Shown here: one piece after another, positions 52,951-64,000 of the stretch | Position numbering within the stretch: position 1 is the first letter of the stretch | How the letters are laid out: every line of letters starts with the position of its first letter | From: Felis catus | Lineage: Eukaryota | Length of the DNA: 64,000 nt | Assembly (NCBI RefSeq): GCF_018350175.1 | Contig: NC_058368.1 | Span: 53,136,001-53,200,000, forward strand | Reading direction: 5' to 3' | The notes under the pieces: generated by a model | Told to the model about the DNA's origin: nothing | The model's input: the letters and a program-made list of their open reading frames with translations, nothing else | The model's database searches: none | Translations under genes and position numbers: made by a program

Positions 52951-53174
52951 GGGGCGCCTGGGTAGCGCAGTCGGTTAAGCGTCCAACTTCAGCCAGGTCA
53001 CGATCTCGCAGTCCGGGAGTTCGAGCCCCCGTCGGGCTCTGGGCTGATGGCTCAGAGCCTGGAGCCTGTTTCCGATTCTGTGTCTCCCTCTCTCTCTGCC
53101 CCTCCCCCGTTCATGCTCTGTCTCTCTCTGTCCCAAAAATAAATAAACGTTGAAAAAAAATTAAAAAAAAAAAA
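52951..53174 (+). mobile_element. Young feline CanSINE
   Basis: TSD gaaagtattt at 52941-52950 and 53175-53184. Confidence 0.96.
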
Positions 53175-54906
53175 GAAAGTATTTTCTCACTTCGATTGAT
53201 TTCATGACTATTGTCACTTCAGCTTTTTTTTTTTTTTTGGTTTTTTTTTTTTTTTTTTTTTTTTTGGATCCACGATCACAGACTTCCAGACTCAGCTTGA
53301 TTTCCTGGCCTCCAAACTAGAATCACATGATGTGATTCCAGTCTGTGACTGCTATCAATCTTATGGCCCCTGATAGGTCTTATTATTTTCCAAGCCTTAG
53401 TCTAGACCCTTGAAAACTATTAGAACTTAATTTTCTGGAACCTGAACTCCCCTCCCAACACAAACCCCAATCTCTCCCATTCCTGATTTTCTGCCTGGCT
53501 CAACATTTGTCCTCGCTCATCTATTCCATGGAGCAACACATCCTTTCTTGAATTTATGGGAATTGGGGGGCGGGGGGAGAGGAGAGAGGAGAAAGCCAAA
53601 GTTGCAGATAAATCTTCCATGCTCTTAATTTCAAGTCATAAATCCAAATTTGCAAAAGTAACATGATGAAGTCCAGATTAAAGTATTTTCTTTATCATTC
53701 AGATGAATTTCTGCAGTCAGCTGGTGTGAAATGATTAAAGTTGTAACCAGGAGCAGACTCCAGGCCATTTCTTGCTTGCCTGGGAAAACTTTTTAATGTA
53801 ACAACTTCAGATCACTCTCCCTTGAGGCATCTCTCCCGCACCTATTAGCCCATAAAGAACACCTTCAATAGAAATATCTACTTAAAAGACAACTGGAAAA
53901 TAGAGGAAGTTTTATAAAAAGCCAGCCTCTGTCATGAGGGTCAAATAATCTAGAGTCTCTCCCACCCCCCCACCCACCCAAAAAAAGTGAAGCCACTCCC
54001 TTCTAAGTATATATTATTTATCCATATATATTCTTTTTTTTTTTTTTTTTACTCTCAAACAGTGAGAACCTACCACGTACCCGCCTCACATGCAACTAGA
54101 AAGGAGCCATGGCCTCAAGGAGTGGATCTTCTCATGGCTATTTGACTGATTTGATTGGTACTTTGCATTCTCTATCTTTTTTATTGATATATCAGGAGCA
54201 GCTGTGAAACCAATTTGTGCTTGTAGCTACTCATCTTTATTCATATGGTCTCTCCTCATATCAAAACTTCTAGGCTAAGTTGTTTGGTTTTTTTTTTACT
54301 ACTAATATGCTTATCTAAAATAAATTGCTCACTTTGAGGCAGTTTTTGCATCATAAAAGACATTTTAGTGGCCCTCCTTAAAGCTGTCCATAGGTGCCCA
54401 GCTAACCAAAGATAGTCTGTTGATACTGAACCACATCTACAAATCTGATGTAAAATGATGTAATGGGGTTTCAAATAGGTTTGTAAGGTCATCTTCCACT
54501 GGAAGGCATTAGTTTGCCTTTAAACCAAATCAAACCAAGCCAAATGAACTACCACCACAACAGAAACACTGTACGTATAGAAAATTTAGTAACTCTTATC
54601 ACTCTTCAGATTATCTGATCAAATCTCTCATAAAAGCAACCTTTTCTTAGCCTCTGAGCCTGCTTAACTTTCCCTACTCTGACCTTGCCCAGCCTCAGTC
54701 AGTGAGAGCTACAGAAATACACTCCTTTTAGTACTAGCCTAGAGAGTCTAACAGAGGTAAGCATTCTGAAAAATGCAGACAATGCATTTTTAAATCACAT
54801 ACGAGATTTTTTAATTGCCTGCTCTAAGGATTCTCTGTGGTGTGGTTCTATCTCTAATACAAAATACTTCACAAAAATTAAAATTCCTTAATAATAACAA
54901 CTCTTT

Positions 54907-55137
54907 TTTTTATTTTTTTTAAATTTTTTTTTCAGCGTTTTTATTTATTTTTGGGACAGAGAGAGACAGAGCATGAACGGGGGAGGGGCAGAGAGAGAGG
55001 GAGACACAGAATCGGAAACAGGCTCCAGGCTCGGAGCCATCAGCCCAGAGCCTGACGCGGGGCTCGAACTCACGGACCGCGAGATTGTGACCTGGCTGAA
55101 GTCGGACGCTTAACCGACTGCGCCACCCAGGCGCCCC
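54907..55137 (-). mobile_element. Young feline CanSINE
   Basis: TSD aataacaactcttt at 54893-54906 and 55138-55151. Confidence 0.97.
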
Positions 55138-55389
55138 AATAACAACTCTTTAAAAAGAGAAGAGGGACTTCCTTCTCATGTTTTCTGGGTTCCATGGTGC
55201 AATAGCACATTCAGGCTAATGAAGATGGGACTCGTGTTTATTGAGAGAGCCTTATGGGTTCACTGCAGCATGCACTTCTGAAGTTTACCATTGTTGTCTT
55301 ACTCATCTTCACACAACTCTAGTGAGTAGGTATTATTATCCTCCTCACATAGATGAGGAACCAGAGGGTTAAAAAAATCAGAGTAGTAT

Positions 55390-55582
55390 GGGGCAACTGG
55401 GTGGCTCAGTCGGTTAAGTGTCTGACTCTTGGTTTCGGCTCAGGTCACGATCTCACAGTCTGTTGGGTCCAAGCCCTGCATCAGGCTCTGTATTGGCAGC
55501 GCAGAGCCTGCTTGGGATTCTCTGTCTCCCTCTCTCTCTACCCCTCCCCACTTGCTCTCTCTCAAAAAAAAAATTTTTTTAA
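55390..55582 (+). mobile_element. CanSINE (older), next to an antisense MIR remnant (~55230-55375)
   Basis: TSD tcaga(g/a)tag; tattattatcctcctcacatagatgaggaacca upstream is MIR-like. Confidence 0.9.
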
Positions 55583-58500
55583 CTCAGAATAGAAGAAAAT
55601 TAGTCTTATGTTAGACCTTAATTAGCAACATTTTCCTCTCTTCTTTCCCTTCTCTATATGCCACTACTCCTTCCTTCACACACACATACACAAACACACA
55701 CACCACAACATTCAGTGTTACGCAAAGAGCTTATGTTACCATATACCTACTAGAAAGTCAAATTAATATATAAGGAAATCACTCTGTTGTGTCAAAACTG
55801 ACTGAACCAAAGACAAACTTGGAAAGGTTAGAAATCAGTATATTCTGAATTAACTTGAAAAACTTCTTCTAGACTGCAAATCAGATTTCCAGCTGATTTT
55901 TAGTGATGAACTTCACATATGCACCGCTTAGGTGGAATACAGGGAATAAAAAATACCAATACCTAGTTCTCTTCTATTACATTTAGATCAAGGCAAAGCT
56001 TCCCCTGACTGATAATTCCCATGGAATTGGAGTTCACCTCTCTTGGACTCAATATCTTCCTCCCCCCCTCCCACCCCACAGCAAAGACATGTCACCAGTC
56101 AGATGACCCATGTGGAGGCTCAAGGCCTTGGTGTTTTGTGCCTCAGGCTTTTCACTAAGAAAACTGAGTGTAAGAACTTTATCTCCAATAGTTTCTGCCT
56201 ATTGTGACATCTCTCCTGGGTCTCTTCACCCCTAAATTCTTCATTTCTTTTCAGAATTTAGCAGCAAAGCACTTTTCCCTGCTTGTTTATCTCAATGTCT
56301 GTCTCTCACTGCTAGTATTTATTGCTTATCACCGTAAGTCTTTATTGAATGTAATCTGTTTGGGGATATAGTTGGCATGAAAGATGCTCCACCAAATGAA
56401 GTTGTAAAGTATTATACATAAATACTTAATTCCTGGATTTATTTATTATCATCATTACTTATTTACCACTCTAGGCATACAGGACACCTTTGAAAGAAAT
56501 AAATCTGGTCAGTTGCTCTCCCAAATTTTATCAGAATATTCCTTTATCAGAATATCTCCCAAAGTGTATCAAAATAGACTATAATATATAAATTAATGTC
56601 AATATATATTTATTAATATTCTTCACATGACTAGCACACATTATAGTTTATAAAAACTTATACCCATATAACATCTCATTTAATCTTTTTAATCATTTAA
56701 TCTTCCCAGATAGCCAATGCTGAAAGAGTTTCGGTTGCTGTGTGACAGTCCAGGAGAGTGAGGCTTTTGAAAGTTTGAGAGCAAAAGTCACAGGAATAAT
56801 GAGTTTCAAAGCTGGACTCAAACCTAGGTCTCCCCCTACAAGCATGAAGCATTTCTCCCTCCCATGGCTCCCTACAGGATTAGCAGGATGAAAGGAAATC
56901 AAGCAAGGTCAGGGGAGAAACAAAATGGGCTTCATCATCTCCTTTGTGAAGTTGTTGTAAGAGTGTGTGGTCATTGAAGCCTAAGTTTAAATTTGAGATC
57001 CCCTACACTGAATTTTTATTTGCCATGGTAGTCATGCTAGAAAGAGTGCAATTAGCCCCAATTAGTACCCTAATTAGTATAACTAATTTCTTTTCTCTAT
57101 GTGCCCAAGAAATACTAGAGATACCTGGGACACAATTATGTCATTAAGTGGAATGGGCCCATGTCATTAAGTGGAAGTAGGATTGGGATCCTGATCAAAG
57201 AGGGGTGTGCCGAAAAAAGGGGTTCCAAGTCCATATGGAATATAGAAATGGTATTGGTTCATATGAGTGGATATGCATACTTGGAAGTCTGATGGGCCTT
57301 GAAGTTAGAATCAATTCCATTCATTCTATCCCACACATTCTCACTCCATCAATGGTAGATACAGAGAAATAGAGACAAAAACTCTATGAAGACATATCCA
57401 TTTTAGAGGATTCTTAGAAGCATCCTGTTGGGATGGTAAACCCATAGCCTCCTGCAATTTCTTGTGTTTGTCTGTTTTGTGTATATCTCTCCTTATTCAG
57501 GAGTCTTTAACACAGCAAACTACTTTTCCATCCATTTGGGGGGAGTACTCAAGATTTTGCCATTCTTCTCCAGAAAATTCCTACCTCTCATTCAGGAATT
57601 CCTACACTAAATTCAGCCTCCAATCCTCACTTATTCTTTAAAAAGAATAGGAACATGAGTTCTAAATTCTCATAGGAGGCCTACTGAACAAACCAGAAAA
57701 GAATTGCTCTTGTCATTGTCAGCTATGCAAACAATCTTTGCTTATATAATACTTTTCAATCTAATGACGTTACAATGAAATTCTAGCTCTAGAAACTATC
57801 TCACCTTAAAAAGTCATCCCATATTATTACCTCTTCTAAAGGAATGTTTCAGTGCAAACCCCAAAGGCTGTGGACATGCTATTCTGCAAAAGAAATAAAT
57901 TAACTATTGAATCTTACACTGGCAGCCAATGGAGCACATTAAATCCCTGAAAAATACATTGCATGGGAAATATGATTCAGTTCATAATAAAATAAATTAA
58001 ATTGTCACTGTGAACTGAAAAATAATTATGCTTCAAGTATAACAGAACAGACACATACATTTTGGACAAGAAAAACAAAGAAAACATGGTTAAGTAGAAA
58101 ATGTAATTTCTCAGTTCATAAAGAAACCAGCAGAAAGAAAAGAAATAAAGAAATGGAAAATATGATTATAATAAATTATGTATATAGGCAAGAAATGTAA
58201 ATATTTTACATATTTTTTACTTATGTCATTGATTTTATTTCTGTAATCAAAAAGAAGTTAGGAAACATGCAGTTTCAAAACTGGACACCAAAATAATTAA
58301 CTAATTCTTGATGTGAAGTAGGTAAAAATTAAGCTATTATGTGAGACCATGTGATATATTAATCCACATGTCATTAATAGAGTGAATAGTATTTAATTTA
58401 CCAATTTACTTATGTATGTCCCAAAAATAATAACTCTGAAATTATATCTTAAAATTTATAAGTAATTTGCTAGTTGAAAAAAATAGTTAAAAGTTCCATT

Positions 58501-58657
58501 TCAAGATTATAGACCAATAACTTTTTAAAGAAAAAATATTTTATAAAATATAAATTACAAAGTCAAAAAAAGTATCCTCATTTAGCCATGACATCTCTCT
58601 ATGGTTTCTGCTTTGAGTTTTTAAATTGTCAATAACAACTAAATTTTTCAAAGTTTA

Positions 58658-58900
58658 TTTATTTATTTATTTTTTTAATGTTTATTTATTTTTTTTTAAC
58701 ATTTATTTATTTTTGAGACAGAGAGAGACAGAGCATGAACGGGGCAGGGGCAGAGAGAGAGGGAGACACAGAATCTGAAACAGGCTCCAGGCTCTGAGCT
58801 GTCAGCACAGAGCCCGACACGGGGCTCGAACTCATGAACCGTGAGATTGTGACCTGGGCTGAAGTCGGACGCTTAACCAACTGAGGCACCCAGAAGCCCC
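58658..58900 (-). mobile_element. CanSINE with doubled tail
   Basis: TSD taaa(t/g)ttttcaaagttta at 58640-58657 and 58901-58918. Confidence 0.94.
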
Positions 58901-59073
58901 TAAAGTTTTCAAAGTTTAATTCTACATTAGCCAAAATGGTTTGATCACTCTGCTCCTATTAACTGGCTAACATCTAATATCCACTGTCTGTGTTTATTAA
59001 GTTAACTCGGCCTAATAATTGGTCCAGTTCAAACTATTGTTTGAATAGTTGTTTATTTAAACAAACTAAACTG

Positions 59074-59287
59074 GGGGCGCCTGGGTGGCGCAGTCGGTTA
59101 AGCGTCCGACTTCAGCCAGGTCACGATCTCGCGGCCGTGAGTTCGAGCCCCGCGTCAGGCTCTGGGCTGATGGCTCAGAGCCTGGAGCCTGTTTCCGATT
59201 CTGTGTCTCCCTCTCTCTCTGCCCCTCCCCCGTTCATGCTCTGTCTCTCTCTGTCCCAAAAATAAATTTAAAAAAAGTTGAAAAAAA
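59074..59287 (+). mobile_element. Young feline CanSINE
   Basis: TSD taaacaaactaaactg at 59058-59073 and 59288-59303. Confidence 0.97.
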
Positions 59288-59682
59288 TAAACAAACTAAA
59301 CTGAAAATAACTGTATGAATTCAACTAATTTGGTCATACTTTAGTCAGCATGCAATCAGTAAATATGTCAAATCTGGCTTAAACTATACTCTGAAAGAAA
59401 GGCCAGTGGGTCTCTGTGGTAAAATCAGTTTTGGTGCCCTGTCGGGATCTCCTTTACTGGGACAATATATCCATCTCTCCATGAGACCAATCAGCTACTT
59501 ACTGGCAAATTGCCTGCATCAGACTTCTCCAACCAGGAAAGGGGAGAGATGCTTTCTGACCAGAACTAACACACACAGTATGGAATTGCCTTTCTTGCCA
59601 CAGGTTCTCAGCCAGCACCACTATCCAAGGGTTCACAGAGTGTCTGATCTAGAGTCATAGAATTCTGCACAATACCATTCCT

Positions 59683-59906
59683 TTTTTTTTTTTTAATGTT
59701 TATTTATTTTTTGAGAGAGAGACAGACAGAGAGACAGAGAGAGCACAAGCAGGGGAGGGGCAGAGAGAGTGGGAGACACAGAATCCGAAGCAGGCTCCAG
59801 GCTCTGAGCTGTCAGCACAGAGCCCGACGTGGGCCTTGAACCCACAGATTGTGAGATCATGACCTCCGAAGTCAGATGCTTAACCAACTAAGCCACCCAG
59901 GTGCCC
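59683..59906 (-). mobile_element. CanSINE
   Basis: TSD ctgca(c/t)aata(c/t)cattcct. Confidence 0.94.
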
Positions 59907-60066
59907 CTGCATAATATCATTCCTGATCGAGAATCCCACTTTATGGTCAAGAAGGTACAGCATGAGCGTGTTTATATGGGAGTACACAGTCTTACCACTT
60001 TCTATACCATCAAGAAGCTATTATCCAAATAGAGTGATGAAACAGCATCTAAAAAATGCAACTGAG

Positions 60067-60230
60067 GAGCACATGGGTGGCTTAGTCGGTTAAGCATCCA
60101 ACTCTTGATCTCAGCTCAGGTCTTTATGTCAGGGTTGTGAGTTCAAGCCTCACATTGGGCTCCATGCTGGGCATGAAGCCTCCTCTAAAAAAAAAAAAAA
60201 AAAAAGAAAGAAAGAAAAGAAAAAAGAAAG
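60067..60230 (+). mobile_element. Short older CanSINE type (no CT tract)
   Basis: TSD atgcaactgag at 60056-60066 and 60231-60241. Confidence 0.9.
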
Positions 60231-60778
60231 ATGCAACTGAGATACCAGCTTAAAGATGATACTGTGAGGATAGATGCTATCCTGCAAGATTTGGTAAATT
60301 CCTTAAAGCAAGGGCATCACATGGTATTGTGTCCCTTGTAAATAAAATACAGAGGTCCACGTATCAAGTAGTTGAGGCACTCACTATCACTTCCAATGAC
60401 TCACTTGAAGAATTCGTGTTTCCCATCCCCAAATGTTATGGCTTCTGAGTCTGAGGTCCTGAATGCAAGATGGAGAGCATTCCTACCCATAGAAGGAAGA
60501 ATCAAAAAACACAAGAACACAGTAAAACTTCAACTAAACTCAAAGCAATGGCTGCCACGAATCATATTGGGTTCCTTATGTCAGTAGTCCAGTACAAAAA
60601 GGACATAGCAGGAAAATCAACCCTGATTATCATGAGGAAAAAAATACTACCTAATAATGAGAATGTACATAATTATGTCTGACACATCTGTTGGGGCATC
60701 TCTTGGCACAGCCATGACCATTTGTGACTATGAATGGGCAAGTATAGGAACCCTACTTTCAAAAAGGCATAGTATACA

Positions 60779-60997
60779 GGGGCGCTGGGTGGCTCAGTCG
60801 GTTGAGCGTCTGACTTCAGCTCAGGTCATGATCTCACAGCTCGTGAGTTTAAGCCCCGTGTCGGGCTCTGTGCTGCCAGCTCGGAGCCTGGAGCCTGCTT
60901 TGGACTCTGTGTCTCCCTCTCTCTCTGCCCCTAACCCACTTGCATTGTGTCTCTGTCTCTCTCAAAAATAAATAAACATTAAAAAAAATTTTTTTTT
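60779..60997 (+). mobile_element. CanSINE
   Basis: TSD aagg(c/t)atagtat. Confidence 0.94.
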
Positions 60998-62665
60998 AAG
61001 GTATAGTATCCAGAGACCTAGACTCCTCAGAGACGAAGTCTGAACCAACCCGGTAAGCAAGTTACATAGACCAGCTGGAACTGCTAGCTAAGGGTGAGGG
61101 GAACCAGAAATGTGGTAGAGGGGGGAGATGATTGGTCCACTGGTACCAACTGCAGTAGCAGCGGCTGTAGTTTACCTCACCAACCCTCCTCTTTTGTTTC
61201 TCCAGGAATAGTGATCACAAGATCTGTATGGTTGGAGTAAAATTAATGTGAGAAGCAAATGGACCTGAGCAGTGCAAGGGGTAGACTATGGTGAATGCTA
61301 TTTTGATGTCCTACCCAGATCCTCTTAGCCAGACCAGAGTACTCATCTCTCAGGTGCTGTGAGTGTTGGCTGCCGAGGGGTTCACAACTATCCATCTTCT
61401 TCTCCAAAGAGTGCCCTCTGCTAATAGGAACTACTTCATCAGGGAAGGTCTGCACTTACCTACCCTCTACCCACAGACAGCCAACAACCTATGACTGGCT
61501 TAAAACAGGGTACTAAATACTGATACCATTGCCTCAAAGGGAGATAGCTCATTAGCCCACCCCCTCTGGATCAAACCAACGCTAGATTTTGACTTGAAAC
61601 CACACCATTCATTGTTCAGCTCTTTCTTCTTCCCTCATCCTGCTTCACTCTTAGCTGCACGGATTTGTTGAAAAACACTTCCTCAATAAATCATGGGCCG
61701 TGATTATCAAAGGCTTTTCTCCTAAGGAATCAGAACTAAAAAAATCTCAAACTTTATCATTTATGAGAACAATAGGAGAGTTTGTTCTAAATGTACATTC
61801 TTCAGCCCTACTTCTAGAGAAGTAAATGTAATAGGTGTATGGTGAGCCTACTGACCACTCTGAGATGCACTGGACTAGACCATCAGCAGACACTCTCCAC
61901 AAAAGAAAGCCAGAACCGCCAATGGCACAGCAATATTCTCAATCAATGCACTTGAGAGCAAGTTGCTCAATAGTCACTCTTAAGTTTTTGATTTCCCAAC
62001 ATAACAAACCTCTAAGCTCAACTTTGTGATATGGCTTTCACTCTACTCATGTTTACAACTTCAAAATGTTAATAAAACATGATAAGTGCAAAAGTCAAAA
62101 TAAAGTAGAAGAGGTGGCATGTAAGTAATGGACTGCACATTCTTAATTTAAATCGTATATATTTATTCACTCACTCAGTAACTGAATACTAACCAAATGA
62201 ATTTGTAATATATTCCAGTCTAGTTTTATTAGGATTTGTGCTGTATGGGTAATGTAAAAACAAAGAAAATATATTGCTACATCAACTTATATTATTCATG
62301 CATATAAAGTTCTGTGTATCTGCCCATGTGGTTGAGAAGATGCATTAGGAAGTCGATTACAATAACAAGAAAAGGTTATTTGAGTCAAATCAAAACAATA
62401 AATGGGGTAGAGAAAAATTGTAAAATATTTGTTTCACTCTTTCCTCCAGTGACACATAAAACATTATCTCCTTCTCTAAGCGATTATGAACATTTCTATT
62501 CTGTCATCTGGCATAAAGTGGAGATTTGTTTAAAATCATTTACATCTGGGAAGTTACACAAACCTCCTGTACTTCAGAGAAACTATATTTCTGATCACCT
62601 CAATTGTTAAAAACTCACAGTTCTTATTTGTAGTAACACTCAGACAGATGGAAATATTAAAGCTG

Positions 62666-63371
62666 CTGTAGCCAACCTCTAATTAACTAATTTGTCAAAT
62701 TTTCCACACTTTCCATTTTCTCAGTAAAATATACCAACAGTTGCCGACAGGATGCAGAACACTCTCAATGTTAAGCTACTCTCCACTGTGCCCGCCCATT
62801 TCCTCTCCTCCAGATGGGCGGTACAATCCATCAAGAGTCAGTTGTGTTTACTCACAAACTTGTCTATGATCCCAGTTATTATTATATTATTTAATTTTGC
62901 CAAAGATTTCACAAACTATGAAACATGAATCCTACAACAAGTAAATGTTTCTTTGAAAACTAAGACGAATACTTTGCAGAGACTTGATAATGGAGAATTG
63001 CTTTAAAAATTGCTCTCAAATTACAGAGAAATAAAAAATAAAGAGAAAAATAGTAAAATTAAGAGAATTTTGTATCCGTTCAAATTATTATACAGGAATC
63101 TCTATCTTGTTTGCTCCACTTTAAAGAATCCCAAACTGGAAATCATTAAGCATCCAAAATGAGTATGATATATGCAAAAAATTCTAGAACTTCCAACCAG
63201 ATCCATACACAAAAACAGACCTCAGCCTTTGTTGCAATGGCTAATAAATTCATATGTATGCAGATCTATATATGAAGATTTAGTCAGTTTTAATAATTTT
63301 TTACTTTTTAGTGATTTCAATTAACTGACAAATGACCAGTCCCAATCACATCCCCATCAAAAATTTCTACC
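62666..63371 (+). mobile_element. TcMar Tigger-type DNA transposon remnant (Tigger13-like)
   Basis: gtttctttgaaaactaagacgaatactttgcagagacttgataatggaga resembles the CENP-B-type transposase N-terminus; aattaact motifs near both ends. Confidence 0.6.
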
Positions 63372-64000
63372 ATATCAGGTGGTCCTGGTGATAGGAACAG
63401 ACAAGATGTGAAGTCATAGGACTTTGTAAATCCTTCTATAAAATAAAGAAAACAAGTCAAAATAAAGAAATACATTCATGGCATTTCTTTTAAGGTAAGC
63501 TATAGAACTACATAGAGGATAAAGGAAAAACTGAACCTTGGTAGAAATGACTCCAGTCAAAATGTTAATTTTTCTTGTTAAGATGCAATAAGGCACATGA
63601 TTAAAAGATTGTTTCCTTTTAAAATGCAAACTTCCTGTTTAGGAGCAAAAGTTTGTGAGGAAAAACAAACACACTTCCTCACTAAGAAGGCAAGTATATA
63701 ATTCAGAACTGTTGTCAAGGTCTGTAGGTCCGAACCAGGTCTATAATTCAGAGAGTGTCAGAAGAGAACAAGCTATACTGCTTTGTTATCTCAGAATTTG
63801 ATATTACTCAAAGAACAATGTGATTTGAACATTTATAAGGGCCATGGCACTTAGACAAATGGTTGTAGGTTTAGTTCTAGAAGGAAAGAAAAGGAGAAAG
63901 AAAGGAAACTCTGAAAAGCTACCATGTCCCAAGCACTCTTCGTGCTTCATTAAGGTATGCCATCCCCATATTTCAGAGTTGAGAAAGTGAGGCCAGAGGG

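Larger units (their letters stand above)
59400..61700 (+). mobile_element. Degraded ERVL provirus 3' part (integrase remnant, polypurine tract, LTR16-like 3' LTR from ~61287)
   Basis: Near 59915-60070 hand translation gives IPDRESHFMVKKVQ and YHQEAIIQIE**NSI*KMQLR, like ERVL integrase SDQGTHF and HPEAAGLIERWNGLLK; aaggggtagac precedes the LTR; AATAAA near 61685. Confidence 0.7.

Noticed and set aside
53224..53265. Long poly(T) tract as a possible solo poly(A) retro-insertion
   Set aside because: No TSD visible; treated as a simple repeat.
56256..56333. Plus-strand candidate exon (ttttcag|...|gtaagt) with one open hydrophobic frame
   Set aside because: The body resembles decayed LINE-2 sequence, and there are no partner exons or recognisable protein.
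1..64000. CRISPR array, operon or other prokaryote-like system
   Set aside because: No regularly spaced repeat-spacer array or gene-dense segment; the window is mammalian repeat-rich DNA throughout.

Overview
AT-rich, repeat-dense mammalian genomic DNA, almost certainly from a cat-family (felid/feliform) genome: it carries many feliform-type tRNA-derived CanSINEs and carnivore LINE-1s. I found no host protein-coding exon, RNA gene or CRISPR-like system; the long ORFs are LINE-1 fragments, repeat or low-complexity read-throughs. The window looks intergenic or deep-intronic. Main content: a full-length but disabled L1 (17793-23701) nested in an older L1 within a ~14 kb retrotransposon stack (16925-31138), a young 5'-truncated L1 with an open ORF2 C-terminus (9132-10559), about 28 SINEs mostly with target-site duplications (TSDs), LTR/ERVL remnants, and Charlie1- and Tigger-type DNA transposon remnants. 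The most unusual items are a ~420 bp GC/CpG-rich foreign segment inside a SINE (36634-37054), an ~830 bp retrocopied mRNA 3' end inside an old L1 (4432-5261), a twin-primed 5'-inverted L1 (29971-31138), an L1 with an apparent 3' transduction (24679-24740) and a 244 bp polypurine expansion (26657-26900). Repeat subfamily names are from memory of consensus sequences and need RepeatMasker/Dfam confirmation. I cannot support a claim of a new biological system here.
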